Shown piece after piece: positions 48,001 to 56,054 of a stretch of DNA of 64,000 nt (within the stretch, counting starts at the first letter, position 1; every line of letters starts with the position of its first letter). Under the pieces are notes generated by a model. The model did no database searches. It was not told the origin of the DNA and worked only from the letters and a program-made list of their open reading frames with translations. A program made the position numbers and the translations under genes. Origin of the DNA: Candidatus Eiseniibacteriota bacterium (GTDB taxonomy: Bacteria > Eisenbacteria > RBG-16-71-46 > DASYSL01); NCBI GenBank assembly GCA_031431875.1, contig JANPEF010000106.1, positions 32,001 to 96,000 on the forward strand, given 5' to 3'.

Positions 48001-49240
48001 GGTTCTCTGCGACGGCGGCGGCCTCCTGGGCGGCGGCGGTGGGGAAGGCGGAGAGGGCGCACAAGCCATGCGCCTGGCCTCGACCGGTTCGGGCTCGATC
48101 GTCTCGGCCGAGGAGGCAAGCGGCGACAACAGCCTGCTCTGGGCCGGTGACGGGGCATTCGTCGCGGATCTCCATCACCTCGGATCTTCAGCTCGCGAGC
48201 GCGGCGGGTCGTACGGGGTGCGCCTGCAGCAGGCGGGAAGCTGGCGGTCGGCGATCGACCGGCTGAGTGTCGGGATCGTGGATCATGATCCCGGAGTTGA
48301 GGCCTTCGCGGAAAGTGACAGCGTTCTTCTCGGGACGGTCGAACCCGTCAGCGGGGTGACGGACGCGACCGGTGCGGCCGTCACCTTGGGTCGGGGGCAG
48401 GAATCGGGCGAGTCGCTTGTGGGCCGGGCTGGGGACCAGTTCCTCGTGCAACTCAACGGCGGCCCGAGTTCTGCCCTCGTCCTCGAATCGAAGGCCCCGG
48501 CCCCACGGCCGGGAACGAGTTCCGGAGGCATTCTCGTCCAAAGCCCGAGCCCGGAAGGCGGCTGGGTCACCCTCTCCGAGGTGCAACCGAGGCGGAAGTT
48601 CGCCCGGCGCGCCGTGCGGACCGATGGAAGCAGCCTTCTTCGGCTGGTCTTCCTGCGCGATTGCGAGCTGAGATCCCTATCACAGTTGACGGTGATGGAT
48701 GCCGTCTCACCTCAGCCGCTCGAACTGGCCGGGGCCAACCACTCGAGCCAGGGAGAAGTCGGAGACGCCCTCAGCCAAACGGATGGATCGACCTCCTCCC
48801 TGATGCCCGGCGATACGCTGGGCCTCTCATTCCATCTGCCACCAAGGAATTCGATTCAAACTCGGGATGTCTTCCTCACGGTCCGGGGCGCACTCGAGCC
48901 GGCCACGACGACGGGATCCGCGGAGATCGCTCGGGAGTCCTCCACACCTGAAGTCGCGTGGGCGTTCGCACTCGGCGGTGCAAGGCCGAATCCGAGCTTC
49001 GGCACGGTCTTGATCGACTACACGTTGGCCCACAAGACTCGAGTCAATCTCCGCGTCTATGACGCCCTGGGACGACTCGTGCGGACGGTCGTAAACGAGG
49101 AACGCCCGGCCGGTCCACAGTCGGTCTCCTGGGATGGGCGCACGGACCGGGGTCAGGCCGTTGCGGCGGGCATCTACTTCTACCGCATGGACACTACCGG
49201 CTGGCACAGCGAGCGGAAGCTGATCGTTCTGCAGAAGTGA
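45056..49240 (+). CDS. Galactose/glyoxal oxidase-like copper radical oxidase with inserted Kelch propeller, DUF1929-like Ig domain, FN3 and FlgD-Ig CTD
   Basis: GGAGG RBS; FCAGH, RWYPT, RGYHAVAILLPD, GAVTHSFDQSQR, APPGDYLLF; LTWTGPGDD; PNPS...VYDALGRLVR...WDGRT...AGIYFYR. Confidence 0.87.
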   Translation: MRRLTGGSSAAAAVVVLCGILAASRDSFASLQDTGRWETSAIELGAQATHMCMLRGDGDSTKIAYWHSGQVDARMWDPSDASSARRFPSPNPIFCAGHSMLSDGRLLVTGGTEGNVGSIGLRPSTLFNPRRSQWAGQGPWRSGPSATHGRWYPTNVTLGNGKVWTFSGNKYSQLIAYGGHDGTSTLSAVKPLTMTTTPAWKSEVSGMPARTNHSAIQWHDKQRTIVFGGRSGTTLYDEIWELQYLRYDDQSEDLWSAQKLSPGYDPALGSTLGYPSARENHGAIVDPATAAMFIYGGRNASGTALSDLWMLDLDAISLQWKRVSDAADPGARYGHSCVYDRGATDAGRQMLVFGGATSSTQLATTSVWALSLEGSTYSWSTPTLQVGSPVPDARYGHAASFDGITRPHGQPAKNARRMLLVGGRQDESSVIESDAIWNLWIPQDGSAPYWQSVIPATPRPERRANAALAFDGASGQFVLTGGERPSTIYGNTWALRRLSPCDGSALCDIDPYWIEVATSSGPRPRKGATAVVDATGVFARIPEEFSSSGSGSWTELATGFPKWQLLYPFMHLLPSGYLFESGPTNPQLLNPQSGWIATEYDAGFIGGSSVMYAPNKVMKCGGPLSASSKLAIPVTKYIEFNGSPPSGGWQSAAIMTFARQDHNLTMLPDGRVLATGGVGTNGDINTAVKIPEIWDPASHLWENDFELPEDPSARGYHAVAILLPDARVMTAGGDGVGAYQLKGTIYSPGYLFSGEDLAVRPAITRAPSVMGYGHQRMVCVDNVGAIGSVCLIRPGAVTHSFDQSQRYVPLSFSTCSSGLLVTTPADENAAPPGDYLLFVLNTAGVPSVAKWVRVQSDATTEGCDNTAPAAAGSFTADPQTGRYSVKLTWTGPGDDGTSGTPVEFDLRQSTAAITESNFGLANRITANVPIPGSGQTQYCMEVDYLAPCQTHYFRLKAMDDGCNWSPLSAVASATTTCSGYTAVLCDGGGLLGGGGGEGGEGAQAMRLASTGSGSIVSAEEASGDNSLLWAGDGAFVADLHHLGSSARERGGSYGVRLQQAGSWRSAIDRLSVGIVDHDPGVEAFAESDSVLLGTVEPVSGVTDATGAAVTLGRGQESGESLVGRAGDQFLVQLNGGPSSALVLESKAPAPRPGTSSGGILVQSPSPEGGWVTLSEVQPRRKFARRAVRTDGSSLLRLVFLRDCELRSLSQLTVMDAVSPQPLELAGANHSSQGEVGDALSQTDGSTSSLMPGDTLGLSFHLPPRNSIQTRDVFLTVRGALEPATTTGSAEIARESSTPEVAWAFALGGARPNPSFGTVLIDYTLAHKTRVNLRVYDALGRLVRTVVNEERPAGPQSVSWDGRTDRGQAVAAGIYFYRMDTTGWHSERKLIVLQK

Positions 49241-49459
49241 AGTGGCGTTGTGTCGAGTGGGCCGCGTCCGGGCCATGAGCGCGCCGGCCCGTCGGACGCG
49301 GCGAGAAGAAGGTCACGCCGAGTGGCCAGAATGGGGATGATCCTAGAGGGAATGGCTGGGGTGTGCCCCGAGCGAGTGGAGGATCTGCGTAATCCGGGCG
49401 CGGGAGAGACCTTCACGGCGAGCGAGGGCCGCCCGGGATGGGATCGATCCGTTCGCGAG

Positions 49460-49830
49460 CTCGTGCCGCCAGGCCCCCGCGCGGTCAGCCTTTTCGGCCC
49501 GAATCCGACTGGGGGGAAGAGCCCGGGGCCGGGTCTCGTCCCACTCGGACTCAGGGCGCAGGCGGTGAAAAACGCGAAATATCGCGAATTCCGGGCCGAA
49601 TCGCCCGTTCGTACACTGGGCAACCCGGGGAGCCGAGTAGGACTCGAACCGACGGCGATCTCGTTGCTGATTTGCGATCTACACTTCGGTCAAGTAGCTC
49701 TTGGGTGCTATTCAGCGCGGAGCAGTCGCTCGGGGTTCGCGAGTTCCTGTGGGACGGGCGCGACGAGGCGGGGCGAACTGTGTCCGCGGGCGCCTGCTTC
49801 TACTGGCTTCAGGCCGATTGTGCCTCGCAC
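49460..49830 (+). pseudogene. Decayed, frameshifted FlgD-Ig CTD remnant
   Basis: FGPNPTGG and ISLLICDL in one frame; FLWDGRDEAGRTVSAGACFYWLQA in another. Confidence 0.55.
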
Positions 49831-49880
49831 GTTCAGCGGGACGGGAGTTCTGTTCAGTGTCGGACCAAGGAGGGCGAGCG

Positions 49881-50903
49881 ATGAGAGTCGGCATCCTGAC
49901 CGGCGGAGGCGACTGCCCGGGCCTCAACGCCGTGCTGCGTGGCTTCGTGCTGCGTCATGTCCAGAACGGCGGCGAGACGGTCGGCTTCCTGCGCGGGTGG
50001 CGGGGCGTGCTCGACGGTCTGGTCCGGCCGCTGGCGCCCGCCGACGTCGAGGAACTGTGGAACGTCGGCGGCACGGTGCTGGGCACCTCGCGCACCAATC
50101 CGCTCAAGACCGAGGGCGGCCTCGAGGCCGTCCGCACGACCTGGACGGCGCAGCGGCTCGACGCGCTGGTGGCCATCGGCGGCGACGACACGCTGGGCGT
50201 GGCGACGAAGCTGGCCGCGGCCGGCCTGTCCGTCATCGGCGTGCCCAAGACGATCGACAACGACCTCTCCGGCACCGACTACACATTCGGTTTCGACACG
50301 GCGATCAATATCTGCGCCGAGGCGCTCGATCGCCTGCACACCACGGCCCGCTCGCACGGTCGGACGTTCGTGGTCGAGGTGATGGGCCGCCAGGCCGGCT
50401 GGATCGGCGCCTACGCGGGGCTCGCCGGCGGCGCGCACGTCACGTTGCTGCCCGAGTTTCCGATCGACGTCGCCGCGGTTTGTGGCGTGGTGTCGCGCCG
50501 CAAGGCGCAGGGCCTCTACACGATCATCGTCGTCTCCGAAGGCGCCGCCCTCGGCACGTCCGGCGAGATCACCGTCTCGACCGAGACCGACGCGTTCGGC
50601 CACGCCCGCCTCGGCGGCATCGCCGAGCGCCTGGCGGCGCGCATCGAGCAGGAGACCGGCGTCGAGGTGCGCAGCACGGTGCTCGGCCACATCCAGCGGG
50701 GCGGTGCGCCCTCGGCGTACGACCGCGTGCTGGCGACGCGGTTCGGCGTGCGGGCGGCCGACCTCGTGCAGGAAGGGCAGTTCGGCGTCATGGTCGCGCT
50801 GCGCGGCACGGGGATCGTGACCGTCCCGCTGGCCGAGGCGACCGGCACGCTGAAGCAGGTTCCACGTTCGTTCTATGACATGATCCAGGGCGTCTCGGGC
50901 TGA
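49881..50903 (+). CDS. pfkA: 6-phosphofructokinase, group III (PPi-type signature)
   Basis: TGGGDCPGLN, GGTVLGTSR, GGDDT, PKTIDND, VEVMGR, LGHIQRGG. Confidence 0.93.
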   Translation: MRVGILTGGGDCPGLNAVLRGFVLRHVQNGGETVGFLRGWRGVLDGLVRPLAPADVEELWNVGGTVLGTSRTNPLKTEGGLEAVRTTWTAQRLDALVAIGGDDTLGVATKLAAAGLSVIGVPKTIDNDLSGTDYTFGFDTAINICAEALDRLHTTARSHGRTFVVEVMGRQAGWIGAYAGLAGGAHVTLLPEFPIDVAAVCGVVSRRKAQGLYTIIVVSEGAALGTSGEITVSTETDAFGHARLGGIAERLAARIEQETGVEVRSTVLGHIQRGGAPSAYDRVLATRFGVRAADLVQEGQFGVMVALRGTGIVTVPLAEATGTLKQVPRSFYDMIQGVSG

Positions 50904-50922
50904 ATCACGACGGAGGTCGCGG

Positions 50923-51921
50923 ATGGCGGTGAAGGTGGGGATCAACGGTTTCGGGCGCATCGGTCGCCTGGTCGTGCGGGCGGCGAAGAAGCGCGGCGCG
51001 GCGATCGACTTCGTGGCCGTCAACGACGTCACCGACGCGCCGACGCTGGCGCACCTGCTGCAGTACGACTCGGTGCACGGCACCTGGCCCGAGGCCGTGA
51101 CCGCCGAGGGCGACTCGATCCGGATCGGCGACGACGTCATTCGCGTGCTCAAGGTGAGGGATCCTGCCGAGCTGCCGTGGAAGGACCTGGGCGTCGACGT
51201 CGTGCTCGAGGCGACCGGCCTGTTCACCGACCGCGACAAGGCGATCGCGCACCGCACCGCCGGTGCGCGCGTCGTCGCCGTCTCGGCGCCGGCCAAGGGC
51301 GCCGACTCGACGATCGTGCTGGGCGTCAACGACGCGGCCTACGTGAAGGGCAAGCACGAGGTCGTCTCGGTCGCGTCGTGCACCACGAACTGCCTCGCGC
51401 CGGTGGCCAAGGTATTGCACGAGCACTTCGGCATCGAGCGCGGCTTCATGACCACGACCCACGCCTACACCAACGACCAGAAGATCCTCGACCTGCCGCA
51501 CAAGGACCTGCGCCGCGCCCGTGCGGCGGCGTGCAACATGATCCCCACCTCGACCGGCGCGGCGAAGGCGATCGGCCTGGTGCTGCCGGAGCTGGCCGGC
51601 CGCCTCGACGGCGTGGCCATGCGCGTCCCGGTCCCGGATGGCTCGGTCGTCGACCTGACCTGCATCGTGAAGAAGCCGACCGACGCGAAGGCGGTCAACG
51701 CCGCGTTCGCCGCCGCCGCCGCCGCCGGCCCGCTGGCCGGCATCCTGCGTTACACCGAGGCGCCGCTCGTCTCGAGTGACATCATCGGCGATCCGCATTC
51801 GTCGATCGTGGACGGGCAACTGACCGCGGTGCTCGACGGCACGATGGTGAAGGTGTTTTCCTGGTACGACAACGAGTGGGGCTTCTCCAACCGCGTCGTC
51901 GACCTGCTCGGGCGCCTCTAG
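50923..51921 (+). CDS. gap: Glyceraldehyde-3-phosphate dehydrogenase type I
   Basis: INGFGRIGR, ASCTTNC, WYDNEWG. Confidence 0.99.
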   Translation: MAVKVGINGFGRIGRLVVRAAKKRGAAIDFVAVNDVTDAPTLAHLLQYDSVHGTWPEAVTAEGDSIRIGDDVIRVLKVRDPAELPWKDLGVDVVLEATGLFTDRDKAIAHRTAGARVVAVSAPAKGADSTIVLGVNDAAYVKGKHEVVSVASCTTNCLAPVAKVLHEHFGIERGFMTTTHAYTNDQKILDLPHKDLRRARAAACNMIPTSTGAAKAIGLVLPELAGRLDGVAMRVPVPDGSVVDLTCIVKKPTDAKAVNAAFAAAAAAGPLAGILRYTEAPLVSSDIIGDPHSSIVDGQLTAVLDGTMVKVFSWYDNEWGFSNRVVDLLGRL

Positions 51922-51947
51922 GCGTCGTTCTCCTTCCGGGAGGCTCC

Positions 51948-53177
51948 ATGGAATCACCGCTCGATCGCATGACGCTGCGCGACCTCGATGTCGACGGCCG
52001 CCGCGTCCTCGTGCGCGTCGACTACAACGTGCCGCTCGACGCCGACGGCGCCGTGGCCGACGATACGCGCCTGACGGCGACGCTGCCGACGCTGCGCTAC
52101 CTGATCGAGAAGGGCGCGGCCGTGATCCTCATGTCGCACCTGGGGCGGCCGAAGAGCGGGCCCGACCCGAAGGCGTCCCTGGCCCCCGTCGCGGCACGAC
52201 TGTCGCGCTTCCTGCGCCAGCCCGTGCCGCTGGCGCCCGATTGCATCGGGGAGGCGACCACGGCCCTGGCCATGGCGCTCAAGCCGGGGCAGTGCCTGAT
52301 GCTCGAGAACCTGCGCTTCCACGCCGGCGAGGAGGCAAACGATCCCGCTTTCGCCGAAGCGCTGGCGCGCCTGGGCGAGGTCTACGTCAACGACGCGTTC
52401 GGCACCGCGCACCGCGCGCACGCCTCGACCGTCGGCGTGCCCGAGCGCCTCAAGCCTGCCGCCGCCGGATTCCTCATGCAGAAGGAACTGGAGTACCTGG
52501 GCCGCGCCCTGCTCGAGCCCGCCCGCCCGTTCGCGGCGATCCTGGGCGGGGCCAAGATCTCGACCAAGATGCCCGTGCTCGAGCACCTGGTCGACCAGTG
52601 CGACCGTGTGCTCGTCGGTGGTGCGATGACGTTCACGTTCCTGCGGGCGCAGGGGTTGGGCACCGGGCAGTCGCTGGTCGAAGACGCGTTCGTCCCCACC
52701 GCGAAGGCGTTCCTCGAGAAGGCGCGCGCCGCCGACGTCGACGTCGTGCTGCCGGTCGACATGCGCTGGTCGGCGAGCCTCGACGGCGACCAGCCGGTGA
52801 GCGTGCACACCGTGCAGGCGCTGCCCGAGAAGGGCTACGGCGTCGACATCGGCCCCGAGACCGAGTCGTTGTTCGCCGGCGTGCTCGGCGACTGCCGCAC
52901 CGTCGTGTGGAACGGGCCGATGGGCATCTTCGAGAAGCCTGCGTTCGCCCATGGCACGCTCGCCGTGGCGCGCACGCTGGCCGCGCTGACCCGCGAGCGC
53001 GACGCGATCACCGTGGTCGGCGGGGGCGACTCGGCGGCGGCCCTCGAGCAGAGCGGGCTCGCCGATCGCGTGAGCCACGTGTCGACCGGCGGCGGCGCGT
53101 CGCTCGAGTTCCTCGAGGGCAAGGTGCTGCCCGGGGTCGCTGCGTTGTCGAAGCGGGCGACCGCGGTCGAGTCGTGA
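51948..53177 (+). CDS. pgk: Phosphoglycerate kinase
   Basis: RVDYNVP, SHLGRP, DAFGTAHRAHAS, STGGGASLE. Confidence 0.98.
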   Translation: MESPLDRMTLRDLDVDGRRVLVRVDYNVPLDADGAVADDTRLTATLPTLRYLIEKGAAVILMSHLGRPKSGPDPKASLAPVAARLSRFLRQPVPLAPDCIGEATTALAMALKPGQCLMLENLRFHAGEEANDPAFAEALARLGEVYVNDAFGTAHRAHASTVGVPERLKPAAAGFLMQKELEYLGRALLEPARPFAAILGGAKISTKMPVLEHLVDQCDRVLVGGAMTFTFLRAQGLGTGQSLVEDAFVPTAKAFLEKARAADVDVVLPVDMRWSASLDGDQPVSVHTVQALPEKGYGVDIGPETESLFAGVLGDCRTVVWNGPMGIFEKPAFAHGTLAVARTLAALTRERDAITVVGGGDSAAALEQSGLADRVSHVSTGGGASLEFLEGKVLPGVAALSKRATAVES

Positions 53178-53962
53178 GCTCGTCGCGCCGGCGGCTGGTC
53201 GCCGGCAACTGGAAACTCCACAAGACCAACGACGAGGCGCCGCGGCTCGTGCGCGCGCTGCTCGCCGAGTTGCTGCCCGCGCCCGGCTGTGACGTCGTGC
53301 TGTGCCCGCCGTTCACCGCGCTCAGCGAGGTGTCGTACCTCCTCGCCGGCACGCCGATCCGCCTCGGCGCGCAGGACGTGTTCTGGGAGAACACGGGTGC
53401 GTGGACCGGCGAGGTCTCGGCGCCGATGCTCGTGTCGGCCGGCTGCCGCTGCGTCCTCGTCGGTCACTCCGAGCGGCGCCAGTTCTTTGCCGAGACCGAT
53501 GCGACCGTGGCGAAGAAGGCGCGCGCCGCGGTCGACGCGGGCCTCACCGCCATCGTCTGCGTCGGCGAGTCGCTGGTCGAGCGCGACGCCGGAAAGACGA
53601 TCGACGTGCTCCTCACCCAGTTCGAGGCCGGACCGGGCGCGCTGACGGCAGGCGACCTGCCGCGGCTCGTGCTGGCCTACGAGCCCGTGTGGGCGATCGG
53701 CACCGGGCGCAACGCGACGCCGGCCCAGGCCGTCGAGGCGCACGCGGCGCTGCGCGATCGCGCCCGGGCCCGCTGGGGTGCGGCGGCCGAGTCGCTGCGC
53801 ATCCTCTACGGGGGCTCGGTCAAGGGCGACAACGCGGCGGCCCTGTTCGCCGAGGAAGAAATCGACGGCGCCCTGGTGGGGGGTGCCTCGCTCGAACCCG
53901 TGTCGTTCCTGCCCATCGTGCGGGCCGCGGGGGATAGCCGGGGGGGGCATCGAAGCGGTTGA
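53174..53962 (+). CDS. tpiA: Triosephosphate isomerase
   Basis: AGNWK, GHSERR, AYEPVWAIGTG, LYGGSV. Confidence 0.98.
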   Translation: MSSSRRRLVAGNWKLHKTNDEAPRLVRALLAELLPAPGCDVVLCPPFTALSEVSYLLAGTPIRLGAQDVFWENTGAWTGEVSAPMLVSAGCRCVLVGHSERRQFFAETDATVAKKARAAVDAGLTAIVCVGESLVERDAGKTIDVLLTQFEAGPGALTAGDLPRLVLAYEPVWAIGTGRNATPAQAVEAHAALRDRARARWGAAAESLRILYGGSVKGDNAAALFAEEEIDGALVGGASLEPVSFLPIVRAAGDSRGGHRSG

Positions 53963-54047
53963 CGCCGGGGGCGGCCGCATGCGATGTTTCGGGGTGTGTT
54001 CGGGGCCTTCTTCGAGGGCCCCCCGTCGTTTTGGCCCCGAGGTTCGC

Positions 54048-54473
54048 ATGTTCGGATTCGTTCTCTCGATTCACGTGCTCATCTGCTTCCTGATGATCGT
54101 CGTCATCCTCCTCCAGTCGGGGAAGGGCGGCGGGCTGGCCGGCGCCTTCGGTGGCGGCGGCGCCACGACCGTCTTCGGCGGCCGCGGTGCGACCACCGTG
54201 CTCACGCGCGCGACCATGGTGCTTGGCTTCCTGTTCTTCGTCACGTCGCTCACGCTCGCCCTCACCGGCGGCGTGACGCGTCCGGCCACGCGGAGCCTCC
54301 TCCAGGAGGAGGCGCGCCGCGCCGCTCCGGCCGGGGCACCGGTGGGCGCCGGTGGTCTCGGCGCGCCGGCAGCGCCGCAGGCCCTGCCGACGTCGCCGCC
54401 GGCGACGACGCCGCAGACCGCGCCCGCGCCGACCGGCGCAGTGCCGGCTCCCGCCCCAGGTGGGGGCCGCTGA
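54048..54473 (+). CDS. secG: Preprotein translocase SecG with Pro/Ala-rich tail
   Basis: ILLQSGKGGGLAGAFGG between two TMs; tpiA-secG-tRNA-Leu synteny. Confidence 0.93.
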   Translation: MFGFVLSIHVLICFLMIVVILLQSGKGGGLAGAFGGGGATTVFGGRGATTVLTRATMVLGFLFFVTSLTLALTGGVTRPATRSLLQEEARRAAPAGAPVGAGGLGAPAAPQALPTSPPATTPQTAPAPTGAVPAPAPGGGR

Positions 54474-54540
54474 TCCGTTGTTCCGCGCGCAAGCGCGGGG
54501 TCGCCCTCCTCGAGACGTCTTCGGCGATCGCAGGACGAGT

Positions 54541-54625
<85 letters not shown>

Positions 54626-54708
54626 CACTTCGGAGACCCCGCCCGTGCGCGCCTCGGCGCTGCACGGTTGCGGGGTCGATCCGTTTCGGGCAACGGTGGA
54701 GCGAACGC

Positions 54709-55071
54709 ATGAGCGACTGCATCTTCTGCCGCATTGCGACGGGGGAGATTCCGGCGACGATAGTGCACGCCGACGACCGCGTGATCGCCTTCCGCGACCT
54801 CGACCCGCAGGCCCCTGTGCATGTGCTGGTCGTGCCGCGGCGCCACGTCGGCTCGCTGGCCGAGCTTGCGGCCGACGACGGGGGCGAGGACGCCGCGCTC
54901 GCGGCGGCGCTGCTCGCGACTGCCCGGCGGGTCGCCCGGGCCGAGGGTCTGGATGCGCCCGGACGCGGGTTCCGTCTCGTGGCGAACACGGGGCCCGAGG
55001 GAGGGCAGTCGGTCGGTCACCTCCACTTCCACCTGCTCGGCGGACGCCGCCTGGACTGGCCGCCCGGCTGA
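54709..55071 (+). CDS. HIT-family nucleotide-binding protein (HinT-like)
   Basis: DCIFCRI, PQAPVHVLVVP, GQSVGHLHFHLLGG. Confidence 0.93.
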   Translation: MSDCIFCRIATGEIPATIVHADDRVIAFRDLDPQAPVHVLVVPRRHVGSLAELAADDGGEDAALAAALLATARRVARAEGLDAPGRGFRLVANTGPEGGQSVGHLHFHLLGGRRLDWPPG

Positions 55072-55172
55072 GGGGGTTGCGAAAGTGCTCCAAACGAGGC
55101 GGGTAACACAATAAACCCAAAAGACTTGTGATCCGCCTTCAGCGGATCACGACATCTGCCGATCACCCCCGG

Positions 55173-56054
55173 ATGATGCCGCCCACCCCGCTTCCAGACC
55201 CTGAATCCACACCCGGGCTCGATCTCGAGGCCCTGCGGGAACGCCTGCGCTCCGCACGCGCCGAGCGGGGCGCCTGCCCGCCCTGGGACGAGCTGCGCGC
55301 CGACCTGTTGCCGGGCGGCGGCGCTCGTGCCGGGCGTGAGGCCCGCTGGGCGCATCGCGAGCTCTGCCCGTACTGTGACGCGCACGTGCGCGAGTGGGAG
55401 CGCAGCACCGATCGCACCGCCGACACGCTCGAGGCTGTCGAGCAGCACGTGGCGCGCGGCGTCGTCGAGGGCGCGCGGCGCCTGATCGCTCTCGGCAGCA
55501 CGCGCGCGCCGGCTGCGGCGACGCCGACACCGGCGGCCCCGCTGAGCCCCGGGCCGGCCCCCGCGCCGGAGCGTCGCGCCAAGGCCCCGCTTTCGATCGT
55601 GCCACCGCCGACGTACACGCCGCCGCCGGTGCGCCCGGCGACATCGCCGGAGCCGGTCGTGGCGGACCCACCCGTCGCACCTGTCGCCTCGCCCGGGTTG
55701 CGGCTGCTGGTGGTGGAGGCCACGGCCGTTGAGCGGATTCCGTCGAGCGTCTTCCTGTGCGCGCAGGTGCTCGGGGCCGAGGTCGCGCAGGTCGCGTCCG
55801 TCGACGAGCTGGCGGGTGATCCCGACCTCGACGCGGTGTGCGCAATCGTGTTCGCGGGTGCGCGGCCGTCATCCGAGTGGCCCGAGGCCCTGCGCCGCGG
55901 CCGTGACCTCGCGCCGGGGCGGCCGGTCCTCATCCTCGCGGGTGGGGGCGCGCCGCCCAGAGGGGGCGCCCTCCGCGCGCTTCGCGGGGCGCTCCTGTCG
56001 GTCGATGATCCGGCGGAGCTCCTGCTCCTCGCGCTCGATCCGCGCCTGCGCTAG
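55173..56054 (+). CDS. Hypothetical regulator: zf-HC2-like domain, Pro-rich linker, degenerate receiver-like domain
   Basis: CPPWDEL...HRELCPYC; LRLLVVE...AIVF...RPVLIL. Confidence 0.6.
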   Translation: MMPPTPLPDPESTPGLDLEALRERLRSARAERGACPPWDELRADLLPGGGARAGREARWAHRELCPYCDAHVREWERSTDRTADTLEAVEQHVARGVVEGARRLIALGSTRAPAAATPTPAAPLSPGPAPAPERRAKAPLSIVPPPTYTPPPVRPATSPEPVVADPPVAPVASPGLRLLVVEATAVERIPSSVFLCAQVLGAEVAQVASVDELAGDPDLDAVCAIVFAGARPSSEWPEALRRGRDLAPGRPVLILAGGGAPPRGGALRALRGALLSVDDPAELLLLALDPRLR

